Made by a program: the position numbers and the translations under genes. Source: an uncultured virus (IMG/VR IMGVR_UViG_3300024279_000006) (Duplodnaviria; Heunggongvirae; Uroviricota; Caudoviricetes). From it: a stretch of DNA of 64,000 nucleotides. The stretch lies in the IMG/VR virus record IMGVR_UViG_3300024279_000006, positions 1 through 64,000 of that record, one strand, 5' to 3'. Positions 38,201-46,830 of this stretch are shown here, in pieces. Numbering within the stretch: the first letter of the stretch is position 1; each line of letters starts with the position of its first letter. Below the pieces are notes generated by a model that saw only the letters and a program-made list of their open reading frames with translations, was not told the origin of the DNA and ran no database searches.

Positions 38201-39740
38201 AACTTCAAGCGAGACACTCTCGACGCCTTACTTCACCATCACCGGGACCAACTCATCGAATTACGCCAACGCGGGTACTGGAACCTGCACCAATGGCGGC
38301 ACGATCGCGGCGAGTGCGTCCTGCACCATCAACCTAACCTTCACGCCTTCGGCTTCCGGGAGCCGTACAGCGACGTTGACGCTGCAAGGGACGGTAAATG
38401 CCACGGATTCGCTGACAGGCACCGGAGTCGCGGCCGTGGTAGGGCTGGCGCCTACCTCCATCGCGTTCGGGAACCAAAATACCGGAACATCGAGCAGCAA
38501 CAGTGCGGTGACGCTGACCAACACCGGCAACACCACGCTGAATATTTCAAGCATCGCCCTGAGCGGAGCGGATTCCGGTCAGTTCAGCACCAACGGAAGC
38601 ACTTGCGGATCGACGTTGGCGGCTTCGGCAGCCTGTTCTATCAATGTCGTTTTCGCTCCAACCACAATCGGAGCCAAGAGCGCCAATTTGACGTTCACCA
38701 CGGACGCGGCCAGCAGCCCGAATAACGTGGCGTTGACCGGAACCGGAGTTTCCAGCGGTACGCCATCGCTTTCCTTCTCTCCGAGTCCGTTGGCTTTTGG
38801 GAATCAACCAACCGGGACAACTAGCTCACCATTGACGCTTACGGTCACGAATAACGGGACCGCGACACAGGTTCTCTCGACGCCTTATTTCACTTTGGGT
38901 GGAAGCAACCCGACCGTCTTCGCCAACACCGGCGGAGGTACTTGCGTGGACGGAGCATCTATCGCCGTCAGTGGCTCTTGTACAATTCTACTGACGTTCA
39001 CGCCAAGCAGCGTGGCGGCCTTCAGCGCAACCATCACGATAAATGGCACCGTGAGCGCTTCCAATGCGCTGACAGGCACCGGCGGAACACTGCCGACCAT
39101 CACACTGACTCCAATCAACATCGCTTTTGGGAATCAGGACAATGGCACGTCCAGCAATCCAATGTCGGTAACGCTGACCAACTCCGGCGGCGCAACCTTG
39201 ACCATTACCAGCATCGCGGTCACAGGAGCGGATTCCAGTCAGTTCTCGATCAACACCAATACTTGCGGTTCAAGTCTGGCGAGTCTGGCTTCCTGCTCAT
39301 GGAACGTTGTTTTCTCTCCAACAACGATCGGAGGAAAATCGGCTGCCGTTACTGTGACCACCAACGCTGGAACAAGCCCGGACGCGGTTACGCTGAGTGG
39401 AACGGGACGCGTACCAACTCCCCCAAGTCCTACGGCGCCGGCGATTACCGTGGTTTCTGTGCTACCACCTGGCAGCGTATTAATTGCCGGGAACGGCGGA
39501 GTCTCGCCGCGGAATGTTCTTGTGTCGGCCAACGGATGCAGTTCAGATGGAACGAATTATTCCACGCCATGCCGATTCTCAATTTCTTGCGGGAATTGCA
39601 GCCAAAAGACGCGCGTATTTTTCAATGGCACTCAGGTCACAACCTCTTACTCCAAAGGGGTTATCACGGCTTCGGTTCCGGTATCCTTAATCCCGACACC
39701 GAATGTCTCGACAGATTACGCTTTCTCGCTTCTAAACTGA
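35250..39740 (+). CDS. Secreted beta-helix protein with eight ASH/Cep192-type (choice-of-anchor D) Ig-like repeats
   Basis: Signal peptide AWS|ATYYISSAGSDSNAGT; WDTGAYE; 8 repeats of the form P..AFGNQ...NTG...C...C...FxP...LTGTG. Confidence 0.8.
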   Translation: MKRLLHLALVPLLLILAPSAWSATYYISSAGSDSNAGTSTGTAWAHAPYMTGATGNPLAYVCHAGDTFILRGGETWTTASLPWTWNCSGTVGNVNLVGGDGSWYNATNCSNAGYSGYCRPILDAGGKSTTCVFNAGGTFSAILSNGYPNYVEFRYLEFTGGCTASSGNTSAYYLFAGNSANHVSIHDNYFHGWNSVGTRSAFNCFAGPTGSGSDAVAYNNVVDGTVDGETDGAMNCSMNGAWSEFHHNYASNQADFINTNYIKSFHHNTFKLFTSAHDTSEHGNMFENNSSSPTGSLVYNNVFIPHNPVIATNAIVMWNAPQLGQTDYVFNNVIYDVPQAGDNTLMCEKSLVNPGGSCVFFNNTIQCGTDASATKICGSQDLQVSGTTKAENNHFITSVASCATAAISVHSGNAINYVTNTCMTPATATSQGYTSAETYAFSPTSITNSTVGAGTNFNCSTIPDASAATACQSDTSYGVGYDATNHVVTNPKTPSARPTSGAWDTGAYEFTGAAAPLLSFSPSPAAFGNQLVASTSGPLTITVSNIGTASQILSTPFFTIGGTNPTNFANAGTGTCVNGGTIPASASCTIKLTFTPSTTGARSATLTINGTVFGTDALTGTGTQPALSFSPSPGAFGNQNVSTTSSPLTITVSNTGTASQVLSTPYFTITGTNASNFANAGTGSCANGGTIAASSSCTVNLTFTPSALGARAATLTINGTVSGTDSLTGTGLQAQVSLSPTSIAFGNQATGTSSGNRLVTLTNPGNATLTIASITLTGANAAEFSTNGSTCSSTLAALASCSINVVFSPTTATAKNANLTFATSASTSPDNVALTGTGVTPATPALSFSPSPAAFGNQRTATTSAPLTITVTNTGNASEILSTPYFTLSGPNSTSFANPGTGTCANGGTIAASGTCTINLTFTPSTTGALNAILTVNGTVSAQDLLTGTGVTPVISMSPSPAAFGNQSVSTTSSPLTVTVSNTGTSSETLSTPYFTITGTNSSNYANAGTGTCTNGGTIAASASCTINLTFTPSASGSRTATLTLQGTVNATDSLTGTGVAAVVGLAPTSIAFGNQNTGTSSSNSAVTLTNTGNTTLNISSIALSGADSGQFSTNGSTCGSTLAASAACSINVVFAPTTIGAKSANLTFTTDAASSPNNVALTGTGVSSGTPSLSFSPSPLAFGNQPTGTTSSPLTLTVTNNGTATQVLSTPYFTLGGSNPTVFANTGGGTCVDGASIAVSGSCTILLTFTPSSVAAFSATITINGTVSASNALTGTGGTLPTITLTPINIAFGNQDNGTSSNPMSVTLTNSGGATLTITSIAVTGADSSQFSINTNTCGSSLASLASCSWNVVFSPTTIGGKSAAVTVTTNAGTSPDAVTLSGTGRVPTPPSPTAPAITVVSVLPPGSVLIAGNGGVSPRNVLVSANGCSSDGTNYSTPCRFSISCGNCSQKTRVFFNGTQVTTSYSKGVITASVPVSLIPTPNVSTDYAFSLLN
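36793..39408 (+). repeat. Eight tandem ~105-aa Ig-like coding repeats in pattern AABAABAB
   Basis: Type A has LSTP(Y/F)FT and GTCxNGGTIAAS; type B has TCxSxLAxxASCS and SPxxVxL. Confidence 0.8.
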
Positions 39741-39754
39741 TCGGAGGAAACAGG

Positions 39755-40123
39755 ATGGACAGCAATATCGTAATGACTCAGATCACCCTCAGTACTCTGG
39801 TGGCTGGCGTACTCGCGTTCCTCAAAGCAAAAGCCTGGGTGCCGTGGTTCAGCAAGCACTCTGCGACGATCAACCATGCGTTCCTTTTGGTCTCTTCGGC
39901 TTTCACTGCGATTGGTGTCCATGCGGTCTGGAATCATGACGCTGGCTCTTTGACGATTACCGGACTCAATCTGATGGTGATTTTGAACGGCATTTGGGAA
40001 TGGGCGAAATCCTGGGCCATGCAATACTTGGTTCAGCGCGGCGCGTTTGGTCCAGTTGCGACTCCTGGTGATGCTCCACCAGTTACGACGATGCCAGTAA
40101 AAAGTTCCGACGTTAAACCCTAA
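39755..40123 (+). CDS. Membrane protein, possible holin
   Basis: GGAGG SD; 2-3 hydrophobic segments; near the endolysin. Confidence 0.5.
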   Translation: MDSNIVMTQITLSTLVAGVLAFLKAKAWVPWFSKHSATINHAFLLVSSAFTAIGVHAVWNHDAGSLTITGLNLMVILNGIWEWAKSWAMQYLVQRGAFGPVATPGDAPPVTTMPVKSSDVKP

Positions 40124-40156
40124 CTCAATTTACAATAGGCACAAGAGGCCATCGGG

Positions 40157-40459
40157 ATGAACGGCAGCCGTATAAAATACGACGATTCTCCCGAGGGCCG
40201 GATTGCTGCGGTCGCCAAATATCTCTGCGTCCACTTTGAGGAAAATCACATTCGGACTGGTGTAGGACCGAAAGAGCCAGACTACGCCGATTTCAAAGTA
40301 GCCTTGCGGCCATTTATCCAAAGAGAATTGCTTAAAGCGCGGATCGATGAAGCGCGCACAACCCAATCACGCATCCTCACCGACCGTGTTATGGAATTGG
40401 CAAAAGAACTCGCTATAGTCGAGGCGCAGATTCCGAAGGAACTCCGTCCACATGAATGA
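40157..40459 (+). CDS. Hypothetical protein
   Basis: 100 aa ORF. Confidence 0.5.
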   Translation: MNGSRIKYDDSPEGRIAAVAKYLCVHFEENHIRTGVGPKEPDYADFKVALRPFIQRELLKARIDEARTTQSRILTDRVMELAKELAIVEAQIPKELRPHE

Positions 40460-40700
40460 GTGGGTAGTCGCGGTCGCTATAGCCGTCTTCGGAGCAATCT
40501 ATGCTGCCGGCCGGATTGTGGCAGGAACTCGCAAAGAAGTAGAGCACGCCAAAGCTGATATAAACCGCATGGGCGCAAAAAACAGAGACGAGCAAAGAGA
40601 TGCTGCGCGCCGTCACCACAATATGTGTTTAGTGATGATAGCGGCCGAGAACAATCGGAAAACCAGATTCAAAATGGCTGCGATGCTGCGAGAGGATTAG
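40452..40700 (+). CDS. N-terminal TM + coiled-coil protein (lysis-associated?)
   Basis: MNEWVVAVAIAVFGAIYAAG. Confidence 0.5.
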   Translation: MNEWVVAVAIAVFGAIYAAGRIVAGTRKEVEHAKADINRMGAKNRDEQRDAARRHHNMCLVMIAAENNRKTRFKMAAMLRED

Positions 40701-41121
40701 GAATCGGCTTGTAGAATTTTAGCCGTCCGACGTTCAGGGTGTTCACGTATTCCGTTTCACTTCCCCATGCTTTCGGCCAGCCCATGCTGGTGTCATGGTA
40801 AAAGGTAGCGCCCCCGGTTAGGTCGTCATCCACGCCAGCATAGACTCCGCTTGCCGCAGATAGGCAATCCGTCCAACTAGGACTATCATCTGGTGGCCAC
40901 AGAGAATTATTTGGGTCGTTTACGTTGAAACTGGAAAACTGCCAGGGTTTGAGTATGACCGATTTCCAGTCACCGCCCCACCAACTCGGCTGGTTTACGC
41001 GATTCCTGATTACGTGACAGACTCCGCGCTTTCCGTCTAACGGCTCGCCACGCGCTTCGCGGTAACAACACAGAGCTATTAATTTCAGTTCTGACAGTTG
41101 ACCATACGGCACGGCTTCCAT
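40669..41121 (-). CDS. SleB/Hydrolase_2 cell-wall hydrolase (endolysin)
   Basis: YREARGEP...VIRNRV...WQFSSFN...TGGATFYH...LKFY. Confidence 0.85.
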   Translation of the reverse strand: MEAVPYGQLSELKLIALCCYREARGEPLDGKRGVCHVIRNRVNQPSWWGGDWKSVILKPWQFSSFNVNDPNNSLWPPDDSPSWTDCLSAASGVYAGVDDDLTGGATFYHDTSMGWPKAWGSETEYVNTLNVGRLKFYKPIPNPLAASQPF

Positions 41122-41132
41122 AGGTTCCTTTC

Positions 41133-41174
41133 AAGAAAAAGGGCACATGCCGGTTTTGGGGTAGGCACATGCCC
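41133..41174 (-). terminator. Intrinsic terminator directly upstream of the endolysin
   Basis: Minus-strand GGGCATGTGCC...GGCATGTGCCC (two G-U pairs) followed by TTTTTCTT. Confidence 0.6.
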
Positions 41175-41210
41175 CGAAGGGTTACTGCGTTTGTTGGAGT
41201 CTACTACGGA

Positions 41211-41423
41211 TTACTTGGATTGTTCCGAATGTGCTGTGGCCACGATGCTCGACCAGTCAGTAGCGTCGCTGGCGAGAATGTCTGCGTCCGACTTGCCTTT
41301 CAATCCGCGCACCAACGATAAGACAAGATTGAACGCAATCGGTTCCAGCATCGCAATGTCTCCGATGATGGCGATTGCTCCATTCGCTGACGGTCCTGCT
41401 GAGCCTGTTGCTGGTGTTCCCAT
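41211..41423 (-). CDS. Small hydrophobic protein
   Basis: 70 aa, GGAG SD, next to the lipoprotein. Confidence 0.55.
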   Translation of the reverse strand: MGTPATGSAGPSANGAIAIIGDIAMLEPIAFNLVLSLVRGLKGKSDADILASDATDWSSIVATAHSEQSK

Positions 41424-41435
41424 GTTCTCCCTTTC

Positions 41436-41906
41436 TTACGGCTTGGCAGCGACCGGAGCCGCTGCGTTAAGTTCTTCTTGGACGTTGGACAGAACCGCTT
41501 GCGCAGTCTGTAGAGAGGCTTTCAGGATGGCCTGAGAGTTAGGGTTTTTGACTCCCAGGACGCCATCGTTCATTAGAGCTGTAGTCGAGTCGATCAGTAG
41601 TTGCAGGTCGGCGCTGATTGTCGGATTCGCGGCGCCGTTCTGCATCGCGTTCACCAGGATAATGCCGGACGTTCCGATTTTCTCAATCCCGGCCTCGATC
41701 CTGTGGTGCTCGTCAACAGAGATGCGGCCGTTCTGATATTCCAGAATCTCAGCTTTCTGGAAGGCACCAACTCCTGATTTGAACGCATGCTCCGCGACGA
41801 CAGCGGAGTGATACGCTCCACCTTTCGGACAGCCAACGGAAAATATTGCTGCGGAGATTATTGCGACCGTCAGTACTGCAACTGCGGCGAACCTGCGTAC
41901 CATCAT
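41436..41906 (-). CDS. Helical lipoprotein (spanin-like candidate)
   Basis: Lipoprotein signal ending SVG|C; AAGGAG SD; TGATAGCAT extended -10 at 41936-41928. Confidence 0.6.
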   Translation of the reverse strand: MMVRRFAAVAVLTVAIISAAIFSVGCPKGGAYHSAVVAEHAFKSGVGAFQKAEILEYQNGRISVDEHHRIEAGIEKIGTSGIILVNAMQNGAANPTISADLQLLIDSTTALMNDGVLGVKNPNSQAILKASLQTAQAVLSNVQEELNAAAPVAAKP

Positions 41907-41933
41907 TGTTTTCTCCTTTGAGGCGTGATGCTA

Positions 41934-42278
41934 TCAGACTTTTACGGTTAAGCGGTACTCAAAAAGCCCGTGGGCGCGTTCCCCGCGGTTTCGTTTCTCT
42001 ACCAGGTGCGAACCAAATCTGGCTTTGCGGAGATGGCGCATTTGCGCGGAAATTGATGCGTGTGGATCTCCGGTGATGCCGTTCAGTTCATCCAACGTAA
42101 ACCAACCGCCGTTCTTCATGGCGTTAAATACCCGTAGAATCTGCCCGGACAGTCGTTCGTCGTCATGCTTCGGTGAGTATTCAGGTCCATCAAAGCGCAC
42201 TTTGGTAGCGTTCGGAATCGCTTCTTTGGCGCGCACCATGTTCGTTGCTCGTTCTGGAAAGAGAGTGCTCTGAACCAT
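41934..42278 (-). CDS. Winged-HTH protein
   Basis: WFTLDEL...ASISAQMRHLRKARFG...FEYRL. Confidence 0.65.
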   Translation of the reverse strand: MVQSTLFPERATNMVRAKEAIPNATKVRFDGPEYSPKHDDERLSGQILRVFNAMKNGGWFTLDELNGITGDPHASISAQMRHLRKARFGSHLVEKRNRGERAHGLFEYRLTVKV

Positions 42279-42285
42279 TAATCCC

Positions 42286-44040
42286 TCACAGGAAAAGAGT
42301 TTCGCTGTTTGCTGCTACCGTCCCATCACGATTCACTACAACTAACCGCGCAGTTTTCAGGTCCGACAGATACGCGCTAAAAGTTCCCGACTTCTGCAAC
42401 CCGGCGATTTCTCCCAACTCTTCTTTGGTGATCGGCTGGCCGCCCTTGCCAACTAAAGCGAGAAGCATACGGCGCGCGCCGTCTCGCAATTTCGGACTCC
42501 AAATGGCCAGCACTTCCTCGGTGGTCTGCGGCGCCGGTGGAATGTGCTGGCAGTAGTCCAACCCTTCTTGAGTGGCGAATACCAAGCCGCCGCGTTCTTC
42601 GATATACCCTTTGCGTAGGTCGCTGAGATACGCGGAGAACGTTCCGCTTTTCTTTAGGCCGGCGTGGGCGCGCATCTGCCCTTCGGTCATTCCATTGGGT
42701 GCCCACATAGCAAGCGCCGCGAGCATCCTTTCTGCGCCCGACCGGAGTTTCGCATCTCCATTCTTTGCACCTTGTCTCTCCACTGACGCAGGGATTCTAA
42801 CTTCACCATGTTGCGTCGGATACGGTCCAATTTCTTTTCGAGTCTGATAATCAATGCGAATACTTCTCGATACTGTTTTTGTGTCAAAAGGAACCTCCTT
42901 AAGTTTAATCGGTGGGAGTTTGACTCCAGCCAATGCTGCGGCATCTTTTGCGATGGCTCCTAAGCCAGTCAGGAGTTTGCGGATGGTTTTATCCCGCGTG
43001 TCTATTTCCCGTAACAATTGAATTTGGGCTTCTTTCACGGTCGCCTGAATCTTTTTTATATCTACCTTCTCAATCGGTTGTTGTCTCACCTGCATCGCGG
43101 CGACAAGTTGTGCTTTCAGTGAGCGGATTTGTGTCTTATATTCCGCCTCTGTCCGCGCTTTTTCTTCCGCTGTCTTTGGCAGGTCTGCCAGTTTCGGAAG
43201 CAACTTCGCAATCGCTTCCGGTGGTGGTGGTGGTTCGGCGCCATGCTTTGCGCTACCTGCTTCCGGGTGAGTGGTTTCCACTTCCCCGACGTGGACCAAA
43301 ACACGGTCTACTGAAATAGCAGGGCCAAGAGCGAAGAAGTACCCACGCTCCATGACCTTGATCTCATCGAAGAACTTGTGCAAATCGGCACCGTACACGC
43401 CGAGGGCATCCGCGGCGCGTTTCCGGTCGATGTCGATAAAGGTTCCGCCGACCATGATATTCAGCAATTCCGCCGCGGCATCCTTGCGGAGTTTTCCGAG
43501 TCGCTGTGTGGCGAAGACGCACGCGAATCCTCGTTTGCGGCCGCGGGTGGCCAATCCAATCATGGCGTCGGAAGCCTCGCTCTCGCCGGCGCCTTTCTCC
43601 GGGCAGAATACGTGCGCCTCGTCCACGATCACCACGCAGGGGTGCCAAAGGTTCTTTGGAGCGTCGATCATCGCGTCTAAAAACTTCTTCACCCATTCAT
43701 GGCGGGTTGCTGGTTTCATTTCGTACAGGTCACAGACTGCCGAGGCGCGCAGTTCCAGGAGTTTGTGAGCTACCAGTGCGGCAGAGCGGGGATCGGCTGG
43801 CGTCTCGCCCCCTTTGCCCACTAGGACATACCCATACTTCTCGCGGAGTGTGGCGAACTCCCCTTCCGGGTCGATGATGATTACTTGGATCTTGCCAAAG
43901 AGTTGTTCGGCGATCCGGCGCAGGAGATGGCTTTTCCCTTTTCCACTATTGGCCTGAACCAACAGGCGCGTGGCCAGTAAGGAATCAACGTCAAGGCTTA
44001 CAGTTTTGTTTTCGTGCTTCCCGATTGCAACTTTAGTCAT
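42286..44040 (-). CDS. HerA/DUF87-like P-loop ATPase with coiled coil and two C-terminal wHTH repeats
   Basis: QANSGKGKS, IIDPEGE, IVDEAH, RGRKRG, ATQR; duplicated KSGTFSAYLSDL. Confidence 0.8.
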   Translation of the reverse strand: MTKVAIGKHENKTVSLDVDSLLATRLLVQANSGKGKSHLLRRIAEQLFGKIQVIIIDPEGEFATLREKYGYVLVGKGGETPADPRSAALVAHKLLELRASAVCDLYEMKPATRHEWVKKFLDAMIDAPKNLWHPCVVIVDEAHVFCPEKGAGESEASDAMIGLATRGRKRGFACVFATQRLGKLRKDAAAELLNIMVGGTFIDIDRKRAADALGVYGADLHKFFDEIKVMERGYFFALGPAISVDRVLVHVGEVETTHPEAGSAKHGAEPPPPPEAIAKLLPKLADLPKTAEEKARTEAEYKTQIRSLKAQLVAAMQVRQQPIEKVDIKKIQATVKEAQIQLLREIDTRDKTIRKLLTGLGAIAKDAAALAGVKLPPIKLKEVPFDTKTVSRSIRIDYQTRKEIGPYPTQHGEVRIPASVERQGAKNGDAKLRSGAERMLAALAMWAPNGMTEGQMRAHAGLKKSGTFSAYLSDLRKGYIEERGGLVFATQEGLDYCQHIPPAPQTTEEVLAIWSPKLRDGARRMLLALVGKGGQPITKEELGEIAGLQKSGTFSAYLSDLKTARLVVVNRDGTVAANSETLFL

Positions 44041-44224
44041 GCTTATGGAACTCCAAGCGTTGTGGGTCTGCATCTTCGTAGCTGGGTATCACGCTCATCC
44101 CCATACGCTTTCCCTTTGGGGTTGTGAACCACTCAATGTCTTTGCCGCACTGCCGACAGATGGATGAGCCGGTGTACTGATAGCCAGCGGCTTCCAGAGT
44201 GTCTCTGGTGTCTGGAACGGCCAT
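44033..44224 (-). CDS. Small Zn-ribbon protein
   Basis: CRQCGKDIEWFTTPKGKRM. Confidence 0.6.
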   Translation of the reverse strand: MAVPDTRDTLEAAGYQYTGSSICRQCGKDIEWFTTPKGKRMGMSVIPSYEDADPQRLEFHKHD

Positions 44225-44225
44225 T

Positions 44226-44609
44226 CTAGTCTTCGTCGCCGTCGAGCATCCGTACTTTTACGGTCTCATCTTTGGCGACGATCTTGATTTCCATTTCCTC
44301 AACCCGATAGATGGTTTTCTGGTGGCGCTTCATCAAGGTCAAAAGGATGTCTTTCAGGTCGGTCTCTTTGCGAGTCAGAGCCATTCGCTTGTCACGAACC
44401 TCAGCATATTCCGTGGCGGCCGTTTCCAAATCTTCCAGGTGTTTGTCTTCCATGCCAGGAAGTTCTTTTTGCCGCTTGCCTTTGTTGGCTTCGGAGAGTA
44501 GTTCAGGTTTGCGTTTCACTTCCTCAGGATCGGGCTTGGGACCGATTCCTTTCTTGCCGGTGCGCTTCGGTGCTTTTGCAGGTAGATGATCTTCTGGCTT
44601 TTTACTCAA
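44226..44609 (-). CDS. Hypothetical protein
   Basis: 127 aa, GGAGGA SD. Confidence 0.6.
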   Translation of the reverse strand: MSKKPEDHLPAKAPKRTGKKGIGPKPDPEEVKRKPELLSEANKGKRQKELPGMEDKHLEDLETAATEYAEVRDKRMALTRKETDLKDILLTLMKRHQKTIYRVEEMEIKIVAKDETVKVRMLDGDED

Positions 44610-44660
44610 CTAGATTCCTCCTGTTCGGGATACTGCGGATGGATTCGCAAAGTAGCGTAC

Positions 44661-45023
44661 TTAAATGGGCGTCGTCAAGAGCTTTTTGTCACGCGCCCCA
44701 ACTAAGTGCATTATCGAGGTATGGTGCATCTTCAAAAGTCCGGCGATCTGTGGGTAGGAGTATCCTTGCTCTCTGGCTTTTATGGCAATCTTACGCCGAA
44801 TCTCTACCATCGTCCGGTGCTGCCCTCCGGTCAGGATGTCGTCGGGAGTGATGTCGTACTCCCTGGCCGTTTCGTTTAGAAGGGCGTTTAGCCGCTGGGC
44901 TGCCGTAGGTTTGCCGTTTATTTGCGTCTGCGTGATCTTCTGGCGCACTTTTTCTTGGCAGTTAGAGCAGAGACCGCCGACCATTGCCAAAACGTCTGAA
45001 AGTGGAATAAACAAGTGGTCCAT
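44661..45023 (-). CDS. Stand-alone DnaA C-terminal (domain IV) HTH protein
   Basis: TAREYDITPDDIL...R...SYPQIAGLLKMHHTSIMH matches the DnaA_C signature; N-terminal CxxC. Confidence 0.75.
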   Translation of the reverse strand: MDHLFIPLSDVLAMVGGLCSNCQEKVRQKITQTQINGKPTAAQRLNALLNETAREYDITPDDILTGGQHRTMVEIRRKIAIKAREQGYSYPQIAGLLKMHHTSIMHLVGARDKKLLTTPI

Positions 45024-45039
45024 TGACCACCTCCCGATT

Positions 45040-45245
45040 TGAAATTCCTGTCAAGAAATCCATGTAGGAAATATCACAGAGATATTCACAGGCACTCTAT
45101 GGAAACAAAGGACTTATTATTTTTATCCTCACGCAATCAACAGAAGTTGCACACTTCCACAAAAGGTTCCACGGATTCCGAGTTAGCTTGTATCTAGAAC
45201 TCCGAGTCAAAAGCATCCTCCAAAAGAAATTCAAATACTTATCAC
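45040..45245. other. AT-rich noncoding region with co-oriented degenerate DnaA boxes (candidate origin)
   Basis: ATATTCACA 45082, TTATCCTCA 45123, CAATCAACA 45134, AGTTGCACA 45145, ACTTCCACA 45153, GGTTCCACG 45165. Confidence 0.45.
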
Positions 45246-45651
45246 CTTCGCGAACTGTTCAATTCCAAATTTCTAGAATCCGCATAATCGCCAAGTGGGT
45301 CCCAAGTCCATTCGCAGACCTGTACGCGGCCGGTGCGGTCACAGATTAGGGTATGCACCCAATTCCCTGCGCGCACGATCCTGCCGGCGTCAGGGTCGTC
45401 CAGAAGTACCTGAAATTCAAGCACTGCGGCCATTCAGTACTCTCCCGCTGCTGCATCGCGCACGGCCTGGATGTTGCTGGGGCGCGGGGCTTCGAGCATG
45501 TAGCCGCCGCAGTCTGGCTCAGGGCAGCCAAATCCAGTTCCCTCACTGCCATCTGGCGCTATGCACGGCTCGCATTCCAGAAGCGTGCAGACTTTTCCGC
45601 ATTTGGTGCAGCGCATTGGTGTAGTTAGGATTCTAGCCAGCGTCTTGCCGC

Positions 45652-45957
45652 TCATTCCGGCCACTCTGGAATCTCTATGGTTTGCCCAGCCATTTTGTGC
45701 GTGCAGTCTCCTAGAAATTGAATCTTTCCATCGGTCACGAACGAATGGCAAATTGGGGCTGTTGGATTGCCGCCACCAACATTGACTAGTAGACTCGGTG
45801 TGAAAGTTGGGCTATCTATGTTGCCATTCCAGTTCCAAGCGCGAGGATTGCCGCGTACCGGGATGTTATGTGCGCTCTCGCAGCCAGGGCAGTGAAACGC
45901 TACCCAAGTTTCCTCGCTATCAGCCATCTTGCCAATTGTGACGTGTAATTTGCTCAC
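45652..45957 (-). CDS. DUF6527-like protein
   Basis: FHCPGC...WNWNG...PTFTPSL...CHSFVTDGKIQF. Confidence 0.7.
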   Translation of the reverse strand: MSKLHVTIGKMADSEETWVAFHCPGCESAHNIPVRGNPRAWNWNGNIDSPTFTPSLLVNVGGGNPTAPICHSFVTDGKIQFLGDCTHKMAGQTIEIPEWPE

Positions 45958-46830
45958 GGCTCCCCCTGACAGCTCTTTAGAATGGCGTCCAGCGTGGCCA
46001 TATACTCGCCAGGCAAGTCGTTAATACACTCATCGCCAAATTCTTTGACTATAGCCGCTATCGCCGCTTCCCGCCGCGCTGCACGAATCCCTTCGTTCGA
46101 TTCCCGGCCAAGAAAGCTGTTTACCTCGAAGGCGATGGATTGCACCAGTTCTCGCGCCGCCCCACAGCCATAAACGTTGAATCCCTGCTGAATCGCATCC
46201 TCTAGTGTGTTGTTGCTCATGGGCGTGGCTCCGGTGGAAATATCTCCGGGTTAGGAATCCAATCGCTGCCAGTTAAATCTAGTCTGAGATTGTACGGATA
46301 GTAAGGACTTGCGATAAAACACTCATCGCACAGGAAATAGCCCTCCGAATTGGGGTGTACTATCGGCACTGATTGATTGCATCTCTCGCAAAGCAACTCG
46401 ACTTCACACAGCATTGATATAGTTCCTGTCTGTTCACTCATAGCTTCCCTTCCTTCTCGCTCGCGGGGGTGGAGAGCAGTGCTTCAAGTTCTTCTCGTAG
46501 ACCGTCAATGAGTTCCAGCGTCCCTGTGGGCCACTTTCTCAGGTCTTTTTCCTGCCACGTCTTAGCGCGTTCAATTAGACGTTTGGCCTTCAATTTCTGC
46601 GTAACGTCCGATTGGCACGCATTGTCACCGTCTAATTCAAGCGTGTCGTCACAATCTCGCTTCTCCTGCGGGGCAGCGTCCGGCTGGCGAGCGGCGGCGC
46701 AAAGTGTATCGTGTCCTACATCCCAAGGTTGCGCACAGACAGCGCAAATCCGCACTGGCCCACCCTCCGGCATCCTCTCCCCTTTCTGCAAGGCTACTCG
46801 ACGCTGGACTGATTTCGATTTCATTTCCAT
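45954..46830 (-). CDS. Three coupled small hypothetical genes (45954-46220, 46217-46441, 46438-46830)
   Basis: Overlapping stop/start codons; CxxC motifs. Confidence 0.55.

Noticed and set aside
36793..39408. Diversity-generating retroelement template/variable repeats
   Set aside because: Repeats are in-frame domain duplications without adenine-specific changes; no reverse transcriptase seen.
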